Assembly (NCBI GenBank): GCA_016180435.1
Contig: JACPBG010000004.1
Coordinates: forward strand, 134,151-198,150
DNA: 64,000 nt
Direction of reading: 5' to 3'
From: Candidatus Sungiibacteriota bacterium
GTDB taxonomy: Bacteria > Patescibacteriota > Minisyncoccia > Sungbacterales > HO2-52-23
A program made the position numbers and the translations under genes. The notes below the pieces were generated by a model, which worked only from the letters and a program-made list of their open reading frames with translations, did not search any database and was not told the origin of the DNA. Positions 40,122 to 48,208 of the stretch are shown here, one piece after another. Within the stretch, counting starts at the first letter, position 1. Every line of letters begins with the position of its first letter.

Positions 40122-40409
40122 TTGGCCAATTGCCATTCGGGCGGTTTTATCCCCAATCCCATAGCATATTGTGATTTTCCCTCGCTTTTACTGGCTATTA
40201 CCACAGCTGTACGGAATATCGGGATGGTTTTTGCGGTTCTGGCCATTGTGATTATCGGGTTTAAGTTTATCCAGGCATCGGCCGCCGGGAATGAAGGAGG
40301 AATAAAAGAGGCGCGTAAATATTTCTGGTGGGTAGTTATCGGTACTGCGATAGTGGTAGGCGCGTCGGTGATCGCCGAGGCAGTGATCAATTTTGTAAAA
40401 GGGATTTAA
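40122..40409 (+). CDS. Small VirB2/TrbC-like pilin paralog (start uncertain)
   Basis: Two hydrophobic helices MVFAVLAIVIIGF / WVVIGTAIVVGASVIA separated by a short polar loop; no clean signal peptide from the listed start. Confidence 0.35.
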   Translation: MANCHSGGFIPNPIAYCDFPSLLLAITTAVRNIGMVFAVLAIVIIGFKFIQASAAGNEGGIKEARKYFWWVVIGTAIVVGASVIAEAVINFVKGI

Positions 40410-40412
40410 ATA

Positions 40413-40515
40413 TGATGCCAATCCTATGCGAATTTAATGCCAATCTACCAATTGCGAATATTCGCATAATTCGCAATTTGCCAAATTAGCATTTCATTTG
40501 TAGATTGGCATCATT
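40413..40515. repeat. Repeat family B copy 4
   Basis: atgatgccaatcctatgcgaatttaatgccaatctaccaattgcgaat...atttgtagattggcatcattgc. Confidence 0.75.
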
Positions 40516-40560
40516 GCTTAAAAAGGTCGAATCTGAACAAATTTAATATTTCATATTAAT

Positions 40561-40902
40561 ATGTCAAAACTTATTAAATTATCAATAGCCGCATCGGTTC
40601 TTTTGCCGTTTATGGCTTCAGCAGCGGAGGTGGATACTATTATTACCACTGTAAAGAATACCGCCAATCTTATTATCGGGGTTTTGTTTATTTTTGCCAC
40701 CCTTGTATTTTTGTGGGGATTGGTGAAGTTTATTGCCAAAGCCGATGATCCTGGAGAGCGCGCCAAAGCCCGCGGTCTTATGATGTGGGGCATAGTCGGA
40801 CTTGCGGTTATGGCCGCGGCTTGGGGAATTACCCAGCTTTTGATTCAATATTTCGGGATAGGAAATGCTCCGCCAACCTTTGTGAAGCCCCCGTCTCCCT
40901 AG
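40561..40902 (+). CDS. VirB2/TrbC-like (T4SS-type) pilin paralog
   Basis: Signal peptide ...PFMASAAEV; conserved block TANLIIGVLFIFATLVFLWGLVKFIAKADDP...MWGIVGLAVMAAAWG shared with the two downstream paralogs. Confidence 0.5.
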   Translation: MSKLIKLSIAASVLLPFMASAAEVDTIITTVKNTANLIIGVLFIFATLVFLWGLVKFIAKADDPGERAKARGLMMWGIVGLAVMAAAWGITQLLIQYFGIGNAPPTFVKPPSP

Positions 40903-40993
40903 TTATTTTGTTCGCAAGACAATAGATCAATTTGTCATTTTTGGCATTTTGGGGAAGTATTATACTTCCCCAAAATGCTATCAGATCAAATTT

Positions 40994-41311
40994 ATGCGAT
41001 ATAAGCGAATTTTTGCCATTTTATTGTTGGCAGTGGCTCCGATTCTTGTTGCGGAGGCCAAAACTATCAATGACATCGTTACTTCCGTGCAAACCGGCAT
41101 AGTGAACCCGGCGATTAATTTTTTGCTTGCCGCCGCGTCCGTGGTATTTTTGTACGGCATAATCCAATATGTAATCGGGTCCCAGGGCGATCAAACCAAA
41201 TTAAATAAAGGCAAACAGATCATGTTCTGGGGAATTATCGGGATGTTCATTATGGTTTCGGCCTGGGGAATCGTGAAAATTTTATGCAATTTTTTCGAAA
41301 CATGCAGTTAA
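40994..41311 (+). CDS. VirB2/TrbC-like pilin paralog
   Basis: MRYKRIFAILLLAVAPILVAEA signal peptide; two TM helices; MFWGIIGMFIMVSAWG block. Confidence 0.45.
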   Translation: MRYKRIFAILLLAVAPILVAEAKTINDIVTSVQTGIVNPAINFLLAAASVVFLYGIIQYVIGSQGDQTKLNKGKQIMFWGIIGMFIMVSAWGIVKILCNFFETCS

Positions 41312-41449
41312 AATGTAAACCCCGTTACTTGACCGCGAGGCACTAAACCCATTGGCAAGTACGAACATCCATTACGGTAAACCTTGCGGCAGGACCGCAG
41401 GGCATTCAAGTAACGGGGTAAATCCCATTAAAATTTAGGTCGATAATCT

Positions 41450-41851
41450 ATGGGATTAGTTAATCGTATGCTTATCTTTATGGCCCATATTTATAATAAG
41501 AATTATATCCGGAGTTTTATATTTGCCGCGATTTCGCTTTTTTTGCCGCTGGCAGCGTATGCGCAGAACGTAGATGCGATAATAGGTAGTATTCGAACAA
41601 CAGCCAATCTTATCATTGCCCTGCTTTTTATTCTGGCAACATTGGTATTTTTGTTTGGATTGGTGAAATTCATTGCGAGCGCCGATGATCCTGCGGCGCG
41701 TTCCAAGTCCCACGGTCTTATGCTGTGGGGGATTGTCGGCATGGCGGTAATGGCCGCGGCTTGGGGACTCGCGTATCTTCTGGTAACCTATGTTTTTGGA
41801 GCAGGCGGGGGCCAGACGCCCACATTTGTCTCGCCACCCGCCATTAATTAA
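41450..41851 (+). CDS. VirB2/TrbC-like pilin paralog (likely start at Met 41468 or 41480)
   Basis: TANLIIALLFILATLVFLFGLVKFIASADDP...MLWGIVGMAVMAAAWG, ~75% identical to the 40561 paralog. Confidence 0.5.
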   Translation: MGLVNRMLIFMAHIYNKNYIRSFIFAAISLFLPLAAYAQNVDAIIGSIRTTANLIIALLFILATLVFLFGLVKFIASADDPAARSKSHGLMLWGIVGMAVMAAAWGLAYLLVTYVFGAGGGQTPTFVSPPAIN

Positions 41852-41855
41852 CTTT

Positions 41856-42218
41856 ATGATGCGTATTTTCCTTAAGGTTTTGGGGGTTGTTTTGTTTCTG
41901 CCTTATTTTGCATACGCCCAGACCTTTAGCCAAATTTTTAGTCGCATGGTAAACACCGCCAACCTGATTGTTGGCGCGCTTTTTATAATATCCACGGTGG
42001 TATTTTTTTGGGGAATCGTGAAATTCATAGCATCCTCGGATAATCCCCAGGAGCGCCAAAAAGCCAAAGCCATTTTGTGGTGGGGAATTATCGGAATGGC
42101 AGTCATGGCATCGGCCTGGGGACTGGCCTTTATTTTGAAAGAATATTTTCAGATCGGAAACCAACAGCCGCAATTTCTCTCTCCGCCGGCCTTAACACCC
42201 ATACCTCTGCCCGGTTAG
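41856..42218 (+). CDS. VirB2/TrbC-like pilin paralog
   Basis: MMRIFLKVLGVVLFLPYFAYAQ signal; TANLIVGALFIISTVVFFWGIVKFIASSDNP...WWGIIGMAVMASAWG. Confidence 0.5.
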   Translation: MMRIFLKVLGVVLFLPYFAYAQTFSQIFSRMVNTANLIVGALFIISTVVFFWGIVKFIASSDNPQERQKAKAILWWGIIGMAVMASAWGLAFILKEYFQIGNQQPQFLSPPALTPIPLPG

Positions 42219-42349
42219 CGGTCTTATAGAGGCTAAACCTCGGCAGTTGCTATTGAGGTTTAGCCTCGGAAAGTAAAATAGGATCTTTATTCCAGGCTAA
42301 GCCTTGACGGAGGAAGGCTTAGCCTGCAGATTCATTTTTTTTCAATTTT

Positions 42350-42396
42350 AAAACCACGGGTAGAGAATCAAAGATTCTTCGGTCCCGTGGTTTTTT
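42350..42396. terminator. Bidirectional hairpin terminator between pilin array (+) and lipoprotein gene (-)
   Basis: aaaaccacgggtagagaatcaaagattcttcggtcccgtggtttttt, flanked by A/T runs on both sides. Confidence 0.5.
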
Positions 42397-42406
42397 AACT
42401 GCCGCG

Positions 42407-42853
42407 CTACGGCCAAAAGTATCCGCGGCGGCTGCGGTTGCGAATCCCTTCAAGGTAGTAGTGGCGGCCTGGACTGTAGCCGCTCCTATATCCGTTTTCG
42501 CAGGATTCCCGAAGGGGCAGTGATGAGTAAGATCTGCAGTAGCTCCTGTGGTCATCCCGGAACCCGTTGATTCCTCGTTGATACCCATGCTCGCGCGCAT
42601 TGTGATACACGGTACCCATGTAGTCACTCTCGCGCCGCCGTCTTCCCTCATCGCATACCGTTCGCTCCTCGCTTCCCAACGGGAAGTTGGAACAGTTTAA
42701 GATGCGATATGGATAGCCAGAACCGTATCCGTAGTTCGGGTAGCCGCCACTGTCTACTCCGAAGTCAAAAGTTCCGCGGATACACCCAGAAGTCAAACTA
42801 AGCAGTAGGGCCGCCCCCACTCTAAACAAAATAGCTCGCCAATCAACATTCAT
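42407..42853 (-). CDS. Small Gly/Tyr/Arg-rich lipoprotein
   Basis: Signal + lipobox LSLTSGC; low-complexity GYGYGSGYPYR. Confidence 0.4.
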   Translation of the reverse strand: MNVDWRAILFRVGAALLLSLTSGCIRGTFDFGVDSGGYPNYGYGSGYPYRILNCSNFPLGSEERTVCDEGRRRRESDYMGTVYHNAREHGYQRGINGFRDDHRSYCRSYSSLPLRESCENGYRSGYSPGRHYYLEGIRNRSRRGYFWP

Positions 42854-43276
42854 TTCACCATCCTCCTTTTTGTGTAAGATCTATACTATATCCCAATTAT
42901 ACCATATTCCCATAAAAAATCAACCTTAGTTGCACCAAACCGGGTTTGGGGTCAAGACCTTTAATTTTTCATACATTTCTGTTATTCTTGCAAATATAGT
43001 GATGGGGACTATTGCCGAATGTGCTTTCGTAGCGAAAATGATGAATTTAGAGACAAAATCGCTGAACAAACTTGGCGGCCTATCTGAAAGATAAGCCAAG
43101 AAGTTTTGAAGCGATTTTGGCCGAAATTCATCATTTGCAGCAGAAATGGCATTCGGCAATAGTCCATATATAATAGGGCAGGTGGTGAAATGGCATACAC
43201 GCAGGGTTTACCCCGTCACTAAAATTTGCACAATTTAAGTAGATTCTCCGCATAACTAAGAAATATAAGTATTGGT

Positions 43277-43357
43277 GCGGGGATGGCGGAATGGCAGACG
43301 CGCTGGGTTTAGGACCCAGTGGGGAAACCCATGAGAGTTCAAATCTCTCTCCCCGCA
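43277..43357 (+). tRNA. tRNA-Leu (anticodon TAG), type II with long variable arm
   Basis: Acceptor gcgggga/tccccgc, anticodon stem ctggg-TTTAGGA-cccag, T-arm gagag-ttcaaat-ctctc; no encoded CCA. Confidence 0.7.
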
Positions 43358-43389
43358 TTGGAATCGCAAAATTATATAGTGCGCTTCAT

Positions 43390-43660
43390 ACGGTGCAAAT
43401 TTAGTGCGGGGTTTAGGACCCTGTGCCGCAAGGGCTGAAGCCAATTGCTTGGCTTCAGCGGGCAAAATGGTTGATAATCATTTTGCGGGATCACTTCCAT
43501 TAACTCGTTTATATACGAACGCATAGATAAAAGTGATCCCTGGGCTTTTGCGATAAGCAAAAGATTTAGCGAACCGGTGAAACCGTGTGAGCGTTAAAAA
43601 TTTCCCAGGGTTTCACTGACGAAAGCGAAACGAGAGTTCAAATCCCTCCCTGCCCAGAGC
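43390..43660 (+). pseudogene. Disrupted duplicate of tRNA-Leu(TAG) (anticodon arm and T-arm/acceptor-like 3' end separated by ~200 bp)
   Basis: gtgcggggtttaggaccc repeats the anticodon hairpin of the upstream tRNA without D-arm; 3' end cgagagttcaaatccctccctgccca is T-arm-like but has no matching 5' acceptor strand. Confidence 0.3.
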
Positions 43661-43667
43661 AAAAGTC

Positions 43668-43683
43668 GCCGATGTAGCTCAGC
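43668..43683 (+). other. 5' tRNA fragment (gccgatgtagctcagc) immediately upstream of tRNA-Thr
   Basis: Matches acceptor+D-arm start of a tRNA (GCCGATGTAGCTCAG) but breaks off after 16 nt. Confidence 0.3.
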
Positions 43684-43699
43684 TTGCCCTCCCACCCTT

Positions 43700-43772
43700 G
43701 CCAACGTAGCTCAGTCGGCAGAGCAACTCCATGGTAAGGAGTAGGTCGTCGGTTCGATTCCGACCGTTGGCT
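43700..43772 (+). tRNA. tRNA-Thr (anticodon GGT), CCA encoded
   Basis: gccaacg/cgttggc acceptor, D-arm tagctcagtcggcagagc, anticodon loop ATGGTAA, T-arm gtcgg-ttcgatt-ccgac, followed by cca. Confidence 0.8.
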
Positions 43773-43777
43773 CCAGT

Positions 43778-43870
43778 AGCAACTAAGATTTTTAGAATTT
43801 AGATTTTAGAACTTAGAACTTTAGACGAATTTTTTTCTCTAAGTTCTTAGTTCTATGTTCTAAGTTCTTA
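43778..43870. repeat. AT-rich palindromic element (ttagaa family) between tRNA-Thr and rpmG; likely terminator-like
   Basis: aactaagatttttagaatttagattttagaacttagaactttagacgaatttttttctctaagttcttagttctatgttctaagttctta. Confidence 0.45.
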
Positions 43871-43878
43871 TATGGGGC

Positions 43879-44040
43879 ATGCCTCAACCTAATTTAATTC
43901 GTATGCAGTGTACCTCCTGCAAGCGTTACAATTACTGGACGCGGAAAAACATCCGTAAAGTCGAGCGCAAACTGCAGTATAAAAAATATTGCAAGTGGTG
44001 CAGAAAACATACGGCTCATAAAGAGGCTAAAAAAACATAG
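43879..44040 (+). CDS. rpmG: 50S ribosomal protein L33 (not in the ORF track because <60 aa)
   Basis: MPQPNLIRMQCTSCKRYNYWTRKNIRKVERKLQYKKYCKWCRKHTAHKEAKKT: CxxC...CxxC zinc ribbon and NY-T-KN / KYC motif of L33; located between tRNAs with tRNA-Trp downstream as in many bacteria. Confidence 0.75.
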   Translation: MPQPNLIRMQCTSCKRYNYWTRKNIRKVERKLQYKKYCKWCRKHTAHKEAKKT

Positions 44041-44051
44041 GCCTTCTTGTG

Positions 44052-44190
44052 GGAAATTCTAAATTCGAAATCCTAATTTCTAAACAAATTCAAATCTCAA
44101 AATTTGAAATTCAAAAACGCGTTTAGAATTTAGAACATTCGAATTTTGAGATTGTTTAGGATTTAGAGCTTAGAATTTAGGATTTTATAT
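44052..44190. repeat. AT-rich palindromic element (ttagaa family)
   Basis: ttctaaattcgaaatcctaatttctaaacaaattcaaatctcaaaatttgaaattcaaaaacgcgtttagaatttagaacattcgaattttgagattgtttaggatttagagcttagaatttaggatttta. Confidence 0.45.
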
Positions 44191-44195
44191 TTTTG

Positions 44196-44267
44196 GGGGG
44201 TGTAAGCTCAACGGTAAACTGTCGGTCTCCAAAACCGATCTTCTCCGTTCGAATCGGAGCACCCCCG
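44196..44267 (+). tRNA. tRNA-Trp (anticodon CCA)
   Basis: gggggtg/caccccc acceptor, anticodon stem tcggt-CTCCAAA-accga, T-arm ctccg-ttcgaat-cggag. Confidence 0.8.
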
Positions 44268-44274
44268 TTTTTAT

Positions 44275-45261
44275 ATGGCGGCTTTTCTATATTACGCCAA
44301 ATTCGGCGGAGCTAAATTCATACTTGGGTTTTTGGTGGCGCTGGCGTGCTATTTTTTTTGGAAATCCGCTTTACTTTTGTACGAGCGCTGGTCCGGCGAG
44401 AAAAAAAACTCTCCGGCTGATATTCTATTTCCGCTTCGCTCCCTGTTTCTGATCTGTTTTATGGTTCTTGTGCCGATTGTGGCTATGGGCTTGGTGATAG
44501 AGCAGCTTACAGTTGGCGGATTTTCGCCGCAGAATGTTTCGGACGTAAGCGATGCTTTGTTCCGTATGGATCAGGCGGTGTTTCGGAGTGCGATCCCCTT
44601 TTGGTTTCAGGAGAGCGGAAGTTTTCAAAAGCCCATGTTTGATTTTGCCGCTCCGTTGATCATCACGGCCTATTTTTATCTTTCGTTTATAATCGCCGTG
44701 TTTTTTTTGGTTTCGCTGGTTTGGGACGGAAAGATATTTTCCCGTTTTCTGGCGTCATTTTTTATCTGCATGCTTTTAAGCGCGCCGTTTTGGTATTCAT
44801 GGCCCGCGCTTTCGCCGCATGACGCATATTTTGATAATGCCCTTAAAATGCCGCGTCCGGCTGCGGTGGAGGAGGCCCTGGTTTCATATGAGCCGAATTC
44901 GGAACTCCGCTCGTTTTTTGCCAAGATCCGCATATTGCCGGAAAATGCCGAGCGCCTATTTTTGCCGATTACCACATTCCCGAGCATGCATATTGCTTGG
45001 GCAACTGTGATTTTATATTTTGGGATTTTGCTTTCGCGGCGGATTGCGTTTTTTCTTGTTCCGTATTATGCGCTGAACCTTGTCGGATCGTTTTATACGC
45101 TCCAGCATTATGTTGTTGACGGCGTAGCCGGAGCAATTGTCGGTTTCATCGCGATCGCAATCGCGTCATATTTTATAGGCGAGTCGCCTCCGTATATTGA
45201 GCGCATTCGCGCGTTGATCCTCGGAGACATACGGCGGTTTATTTTTTTGATATCCAAATGA
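44275..45261 (+). CDS. PAP2-superfamily-like integral membrane protein
   Basis: Multi-TM; FPSMHIAW (PSGH-like) and TLQHYVVDGVAG (SR-x5-H-x3-D-like) motifs. Confidence 0.45.
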   Translation: MAAFLYYAKFGGAKFILGFLVALACYFFWKSALLLYERWSGEKKNSPADILFPLRSLFLICFMVLVPIVAMGLVIEQLTVGGFSPQNVSDVSDALFRMDQAVFRSAIPFWFQESGSFQKPMFDFAAPLIITAYFYLSFIIAVFFLVSLVWDGKIFSRFLASFFICMLLSAPFWYSWPALSPHDAYFDNALKMPRPAAVEEALVSYEPNSELRSFFAKIRILPENAERLFLPITTFPSMHIAWATVILYFGILLSRRIAFFLVPYYALNLVGSFYTLQHYVVDGVAGAIVGFIAIAIASYFIGESPPYIERIRALILGDIRRFIFLISK

Positions 45262-45818
45262 TTTATATCTATTTGTTTTTAATTGTCATACTGGTTATCG
45301 GCGCAGCCATATTTTTATGGTTTTTGATCTGGACCGTGATTATTGGAGATTTGCGCGGCGCTCCGTTTGTGGCTTCCCGCAGGAATAAAATACGCCTTAT
45401 GTGCGATTTGGCGCAGATAAGGCCGGGGATGGCGGTCGCAGATTTAGGATCCGGGGACGGCTCAATTTTGCTGGAGGCGGCGCGCCGCGGCGCTAAAGCC
45501 ATCGGCCTTGAAATAAACCCGTTTTTAGTGTGGTTTTCTCGTCTACGTGCGAAACGCAGGGGATTGCATGAGAAAATAACTGTTTTGCGGCGGGATTTTT
45601 ACACGTATCCTTTGGATAAGATAGATGTTATTTTTGTGTATCTTTGGCCGGAAACAATGAAAAAATTGCGCGAGAAATTTTTGAGCGAATGCCGCCCCGG
45701 AACCCGCATAGTATCAAATGCCTTTCCCATAAAAGGCTGGAGGGCTATAATGGAGAAAGAGGGAGTGTATGTATATGAAATTAAAAACGCACAAAACCCA
45801 GACACGCATAAAACCTAA
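45258..45818 (+). CDS. Class I SAM-dependent methyltransferase with N-terminal TM helix
   Basis: VADLGSGDGSILLEAARRGAKAIGLEINP motif I/II; 4-bp overlap with upstream gene. Confidence 0.6.
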   Translation: MIYIYLFLIVILVIGAAIFLWFLIWTVIIGDLRGAPFVASRRNKIRLMCDLAQIRPGMAVADLGSGDGSILLEAARRGAKAIGLEINPFLVWFSRLRAKRRGLHEKITVLRRDFYTYPLDKIDVIFVYLWPETMKKLREKFLSECRPGTRIVSNAFPIKGWRAIMEKEGVYVYEIKNAQNPDTHKT

Positions 45819-45820
45819 TA

Positions 45821-45940
45821 AGATAAATTTCTAATTACCTAATTGTCTAATTTCTAATAAAATGCCAAATAAATAAATTAGGAATTTTGGCTTTGAAATT
45901 TTATTAGGTGAATTAGAAATTAGGTGAATTTGGGATTTTA
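45821..45940. repeat. Repeat family A copy 3
   Basis: agataaatttctaattacctaattgtctaatttctaataaaatgccaaataaataaattaggaattttggctttgaaattttattaggtgaattagaaattaggtgaatttgggatttt. Confidence 0.8.
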
Positions 45941-45945
45941 GAGTT

Positions 45946-47406
45946 ATGAATGACAACCTTTCTTCAATTATAGAAAAATATCTTCACGAAAAGGGATTGT
46001 CACGCGACATCGCCGTTACTTTTGAGGACGTTTTTATCATAGATCAAAATTCCGACATACCTTCGCGAAGTTCCATTAAAAATACCCGGTTGCGTATGGC
46101 GCGGGATTTTTTTCTAAACATTCCGGCAGTGTCGGCAAATATGGATACAGTCACGGAATCGCGGATGGCGGTGGCACTCGCGCGTCTGGGCGGAATCGGG
46201 TTTATCCACCAATTTTTGCCGATTGAACGCAGAGTGCGTGAGGTGGAAAAGGTAAAGCGCGCGGATAGCGGCATAATCGAGCATCCTTTCGTAATTCGGC
46301 CGGACGCGACTATCCGTGAGGCGCGCGATATGATGAAAAATTTGCAGGTATCGGGCCTTTTGGTTGTTGATCAGGGCATGGGAAAACTTGTTGGAATTAT
46401 CACCTCGCGCGATATTCGTTTTGAAGATGCGAATGAAAAGAAAGTTGCGGAAATCATGACCGAGATGCCGCTTGTGACTGCGCCGCCGGGGACCGGATTG
46501 GAGCAGGCGCGAGTTATTTTACGAAAAAATAAAGTGGAAAAATTGCCGTTAGTTGATGAAGAAGGGCGTGTGGCAGGACTAATTACCGCTAAAGATATTT
46601 TAAAAATAGAGCAATATCCGTTGGCGCTTCGCGATCAAAAAGGGCGTCTGGCGGTGGGTGCCACGGTCGGGGTGTCCGGGGACTTCGCGGAAGATGCCGC
46701 GGCTCTTGCCAATGCCGGGGCAGATATAATTTTGATTGATACGGCGCGGGGATTTTCCACGCGGCTTAAGGATGCGATAAGGCGTTTGAAATCGGAGCTG
46801 GGTGAAGATTTTCCGGTTGTGGCCGGAAACGTGGATACGCCGGAGGGCGCGTTAATGCTTATTGATGCGGGTGCGGATGCGGTGAAAGTCGGAATTGGTC
46901 CCGGCGCGGTTTGTAAAACCAGAGAGGGTCCGGGCGTAGGTACGCCGCAATTAACTGCTGTGGCAGAATGTGCGGCTGTGGCAAAAGAGCGTGGAATTCC
47001 GGTTATGGCGGATGGCGGTATTCGCGGGGGATCGGATTTCTGCAAGGCCCTTGCCGCGGGCGCGTCTTCGGTCATGATGGGATATATTTTTGCAGGATGT
47101 GAGGAAACCCCGGGCGAGCCGTTTTATGAAGACGGAGAAAAATGGAAAATATATCGCGGTTCGGCTTCGCTTGAATTCCAAATTTCGCGGGTGGATCGGG
47201 ATGAATCGGAAAAATTGCGCGCGCCCGAGGGCGTGCCGCGCCGCGTTAGGTACCGTGGGGAAACCAAAGGCGCGGTGGATGAGCTTATGGGCGCATTGCG
47301 CTCTTCCATGAGTTATGTAGGCGCCTGGACTCTTGAAGAATACCGAGCCAAAGCAAAATTTCGCAGGCAGACCGTATCTGGCTTTGAGGAGGGTCGGCCA
47401 ATATAG
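45946..47406 (+). CDS. guaB: Inosine-5'-monophosphate dehydrogenase
   Basis: IMPDH barrel with inserted CBS pair; catalytic loop GIGPGAVCKTREGPGVGTPQLTAV; 486 aa. Confidence 0.9.
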   Translation: MNDNLSSIIEKYLHEKGLSRDIAVTFEDVFIIDQNSDIPSRSSIKNTRLRMARDFFLNIPAVSANMDTVTESRMAVALARLGGIGFIHQFLPIERRVREVEKVKRADSGIIEHPFVIRPDATIREARDMMKNLQVSGLLVVDQGMGKLVGIITSRDIRFEDANEKKVAEIMTEMPLVTAPPGTGLEQARVILRKNKVEKLPLVDEEGRVAGLITAKDILKIEQYPLALRDQKGRLAVGATVGVSGDFAEDAAALANAGADIILIDTARGFSTRLKDAIRRLKSELGEDFPVVAGNVDTPEGALMLIDAGADAVKVGIGPGAVCKTREGPGVGTPQLTAVAECAAVAKERGIPVMADGGIRGGSDFCKALAAGASSVMMGYIFAGCEETPGEPFYEDGEKWKIYRGSASLEFQISRVDRDESEKLRAPEGVPRRVRYRGETKGAVDELMGALRSSMSYVGAWTLEEYRAKAKFRRQTVSGFEEGRPI

Positions 47407-47620
47407 CGCATGCCATGTCGGTTTTTGTTTCAAATGGTCATTGTTAACAATATGCCACGATCGTATATTGTTGTTAACAATGCTAATTTTGCATAATTTC
47501 CCTAAATTTTGAATTAAAATAACGACCCGGAAGGATCGTTTTTATGATTTGTCTCGCGTCCTTCTCTTGTGTCAAGTCCCGAAATATATTATGATCCGTA
47601 TAGTTTTTTGGTAACGCAAG

Positions 47621-48148
47621 GTGGGTAAAATGTCCCCTAAAAGATTTTTTCTGCTACCCTTGTTTTTCTTTATTGTTTGGTTTTGGATGGCCGGATGTTC
47701 AGTAACGCCAAAACTTTATTTCGGCCAGCCACTGGCGGCTTATAACTCCAAAACCGTTGAACGACTTTTACCTGTCATCCAAAGTAATTTTCCGGGATGG
47801 CATATTGAAAATCCTAACCAGCCCAAGCATGATGAGGGCGTAAAGCGCTGGCAGGCCAAAACCGGAAACGCGATGGATTATTATTTTCAGGAAATTCTTC
47901 CCACCATGTCCGGGGGTATTTTCCTTCCTTTTCCGGATGGTGCCTGGAGCGCAGGCGCTTACGGAGAAGCAGTACGCCTTGAAGAATTGGGGATGCCTCT
48001 CTTAAAAGTTACGCCAAACGGCGCGATAGAGCAAACCACCACGGAAAAAATGCGTCTATGGGATGGCGGAGTGTTGAGTGTCCGACAAACCAGAGAGAGA
48101 AATAAAATGCCGTATGATGAATGGCTACGGATGCATCAAAATCGTTAA
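47621..48148 (+). CDS. Hypothetical lipoprotein
   Basis: Signal/lipobox FWMAGCSV. Confidence 0.4.
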   Translation: MGKMSPKRFFLLPLFFFIVWFWMAGCSVTPKLYFGQPLAAYNSKTVERLLPVIQSNFPGWHIENPNQPKHDEGVKRWQAKTGNAMDYYFQEILPTMSGGIFLPFPDGAWSAGAYGEAVRLEELGMPLLKVTPNGAIEQTTTEKMRLWDGGVLSVRQTRERNKMPYDEWLRMHQNR

Positions 48149-48208
48149 TCTTGCGGAGATGTAATTAAAAATCGGTCAACAGACCGATTATTATTTTTCT
48201 CAAAAAAT

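Noticed and set aside
43360-43660. tmRNA or RNase P RNA candidate
   Set aside because: No GGGG-CUG 5' end pairing with the 3' acceptor-like sequence, no tag-peptide ORF ending in ALAA-like residues, and no RNase P P4 consensus (AGGAAAGUCCGGGCUC). Retained only as a disrupted tRNA-Leu duplicate.
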